This document shows, one piece after another, positions 24,488-25,632 of a DNA stretch of 25,632 nt (the stretch's first letter is position 1; every line of letters starts with the position of its first letter). A program made the translations under genes and the position numbers. The DNA comes from Candidatus Multivoradales bacterium (GTDB lineage Bacteria; Acidobacteriota; Thermoanaerobaculia; Multivoradales; JAHEKO01). Below the pieces are notes generated by a model. That model was given only the letters and a program-made list of their open reading frames with translations. It was not told the origin of the DNA and made no database searches. Where the stretch lies: assembly GCA_965223855.1 (NCBI GenBank), contig CBDCXM010000005.1, forward strand, positions 1 to 25,632, in the 5' to 3' direction.

Positions 24488-25266
24488 ACCTCGAGGACTT
24501 CGGCATCAATGACGACCCCGCCGACTTCCTCTTCTTCGATATCACGCTCTCGACGCCTGAGCTCCGCCAGGAAGTCGCTCGAGTTGGGGTCGATCGCGCC
24601 CCCCGTGTCCTCCTCGAGCACCGTCGCCCTGGACCGCTCCATGGGCCTTGCGCCAATCTCATCCACTCCAGACGAAACGGTCCTTGCAAGGCGACGACGC
24701 CAAAGGAGCGTCGCCAGCGCCAGGGCGGATGCCGCCAGAGCTCCCCACCACCAGGATCCGGCCGCGCGACCGGGATCTCGCATCGGCTTTGCTGCGGTCG
24801 CCGGCTCGACCAGCGGCGACTCCCGTGCCTCCAGACGTGGCTCGCGCGCCGCCTCCGTCTCCGGAGATTCCTCGCCTTCCGGCGCTGAACGTGCTGGCTC
24901 CTGAGCAGAGGCAGGGACTTCGTTCGCCTCCGGTCGCTCGTCCTGCGCAGTTATCGGCGGTGGCGAGGGCCTTTGCTCGAGTTCGACTCGCAGGGCGTTC
25001 GCACCCTCCAGGATCTCGACGCGCCTCGAGAGATCCTGATAGCCCTCGCGCCGCAGACCGATCCTGAAGTTCCCGATGGGCACTCCCACGATCGTCATCG
25101 AACCGCTGCGATCGATCGTGCCGAGGGAGACGCCCTCCCAGATCACCTCGGTGCCGGGGGTAGCCGTGACCTCAAGGGTGTTGTCGATGGTCTGGGACGG
25201 AAGCGGGAAGGCCCAGAGCACGAGGAGCAGCAGCCCAGCTGGGAGCAGTTTTCTCGATCGCTTCAT
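24466..25266 (-). CDS. PEGA-domain membrane-anchored protein
   Basis: Signal peptide, then a PEGA-like segment (LEVTATPGTEVIWEG..LG...VPIG...I.LRREGYQD...VEI..G). Pro/Glu-rich linker, TM helix followed by RRR, and an acidic tail. ATGA overlap with the upstream gene. Confidence 0.72.
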   Translation of the reverse strand: MKRSRKLLPAGLLLLVLWAFPLPSQTIDNTLEVTATPGTEVIWEGVSLGTIDRSGSMTIVGVPIGNFRIGLRREGYQDLSRRVEILEGANALRVELEQRPSPPPITAQDERPEANEVPASAQEPARSAPEGEESPETEAAREPRLEARESPLVEPATAAKPMRDPGRAAGSWWWGALAASALALATLLWRRRLARTVSSGVDEIGARPMERSRATVLEEDTGGAIDPNSSDFLAELRRRERDIEEEEVGGVVIDAEVLEVWEDGDG

Positions 25267-25632
25267 GGAAGCCCGCCCGCCGGTGTCACACGAACTGCGT
25301 CGATCCAGAGCTTCCCTTTGATCCTATTGTCGATCCGCCGACTTGGGCGCCTGCGAAGCCGGAGATGGATGACGGACTGCTCGGGAGGAACAGCGAGTTC
25401 GACCCCCACCGTCTTCCAGTCGGTCGTACCCAGAACCTGACGAGTTTCGGCGAGAGGTCGGTGCTGCTCATCCAGCACCTGCAGAAAGGGGCCCTCGTCG
25501 GTCGTCAGGCCCTCCGAACGTACGGTCCAGCTGACACCGACTTCCGAGTCAGGGGCCACGACGACCGTCTGACGCACATCGACGAAGTTCAGATTGAGCG
25601 TGCCCGGAAACTCGACACACAAGGCGCTGGCC
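25263..25632 (-). CDS. C-terminal part of a protein with a carbohydrate-binding-module-like (galactose-binding jelly-roll) domain; 5' end outside the window
   Basis: The frame is open to the window edge. Q.VVV.P......VRSEG, GTTDWK.V...L.VP and GKLWIDAVRV resemble CBM4/9-like beta-sandwiches. Confidence 0.65.
   Translation of the reverse strand, partial: ASALCVEFPGTLNLNFVDVRQTVVVAPDSEVGVSWTVRSEGLTTDEGPFLQVLDEQHRPLAETRQVLGTTDWKTVGVELAVPPEQSVIHLRLRRRPSRRIDNRIKGKLWIDAVRVTPAGGLP

Noticed and set aside
24690-24765. GlyGly-CTERM/PEP-CTERM-like sorting signal (GSWWWG-TM-RRR)
   Set aside because: About 70 further residues follow the basic cluster, there is no PEP or GG motif, and no exosortase or rhombosortase is in the window.
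1-25632. Frequent TCGA/CTCGAG/CGATCG words; search for CRISPR arrays, tRNA or rRNA
   Set aside because: The words follow from codon usage (CTC-GAG, ATC-GAG, GTC-GAG). No regularly spaced repeats or structured RNA genes were seen, and intergenic gaps are all under about 150 nt.

Overview
A GC-rich bacterial surface or exopolysaccharide locus of the Wzx/Wzy type, almost all on the minus strand, with many ATGA/GTGA/TGATG stop-start overlaps. The gene style is reminiscent of Acidobacteriota, but that is inference only. In transcription order (right to left): a partial carbohydrate-binding-like protein, a PEGA-domain membrane protein, a compact FGE-sulfatase-fold protein, an OPX/Wza lipoprotein, an outer-membrane beta-barrel, GT4, a SAM methyltransferase, GT4, Wzx, a Wzy/O-antigen-ligase-like protein, a lower-GC orphan membrane protein and a second SAM methyltransferase. 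A plus-strand island follows, holding a nucleotidyltransferase-fold gene and a GT4. The minus strand then resumes with a second nucleotidyltransferase-fold gene, an AsnB-type amidotransferase, two GT4s, a bi-domain oxidoreductase, an uncharacterised probable (alpha/alpha)-barrel protein, a NodU/CmcH carbamoyltransferase and a partial WecB/TagA/CpsF glycosyltransferase missing from the ORF track. Three observations stand out. (1) Two different Pol-beta-type nucleotidyltransferase-fold genes sit back to back among glycan-tailoring genes, a candidate uncharacterised glycan-modification system. (2) A 920-bp lower-GC segment is bounded by a 7-bp direct repeat, and removing it restores direct wzy-to-methyltransferase coupling. 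(3) Three 11-14-codon mini-ORFs bridge intergenic gaps almost exactly. No rRNA, tRNA, CRISPR array, transposase or integrase was seen. All family calls come from motif recognition by eye, not from database searches.
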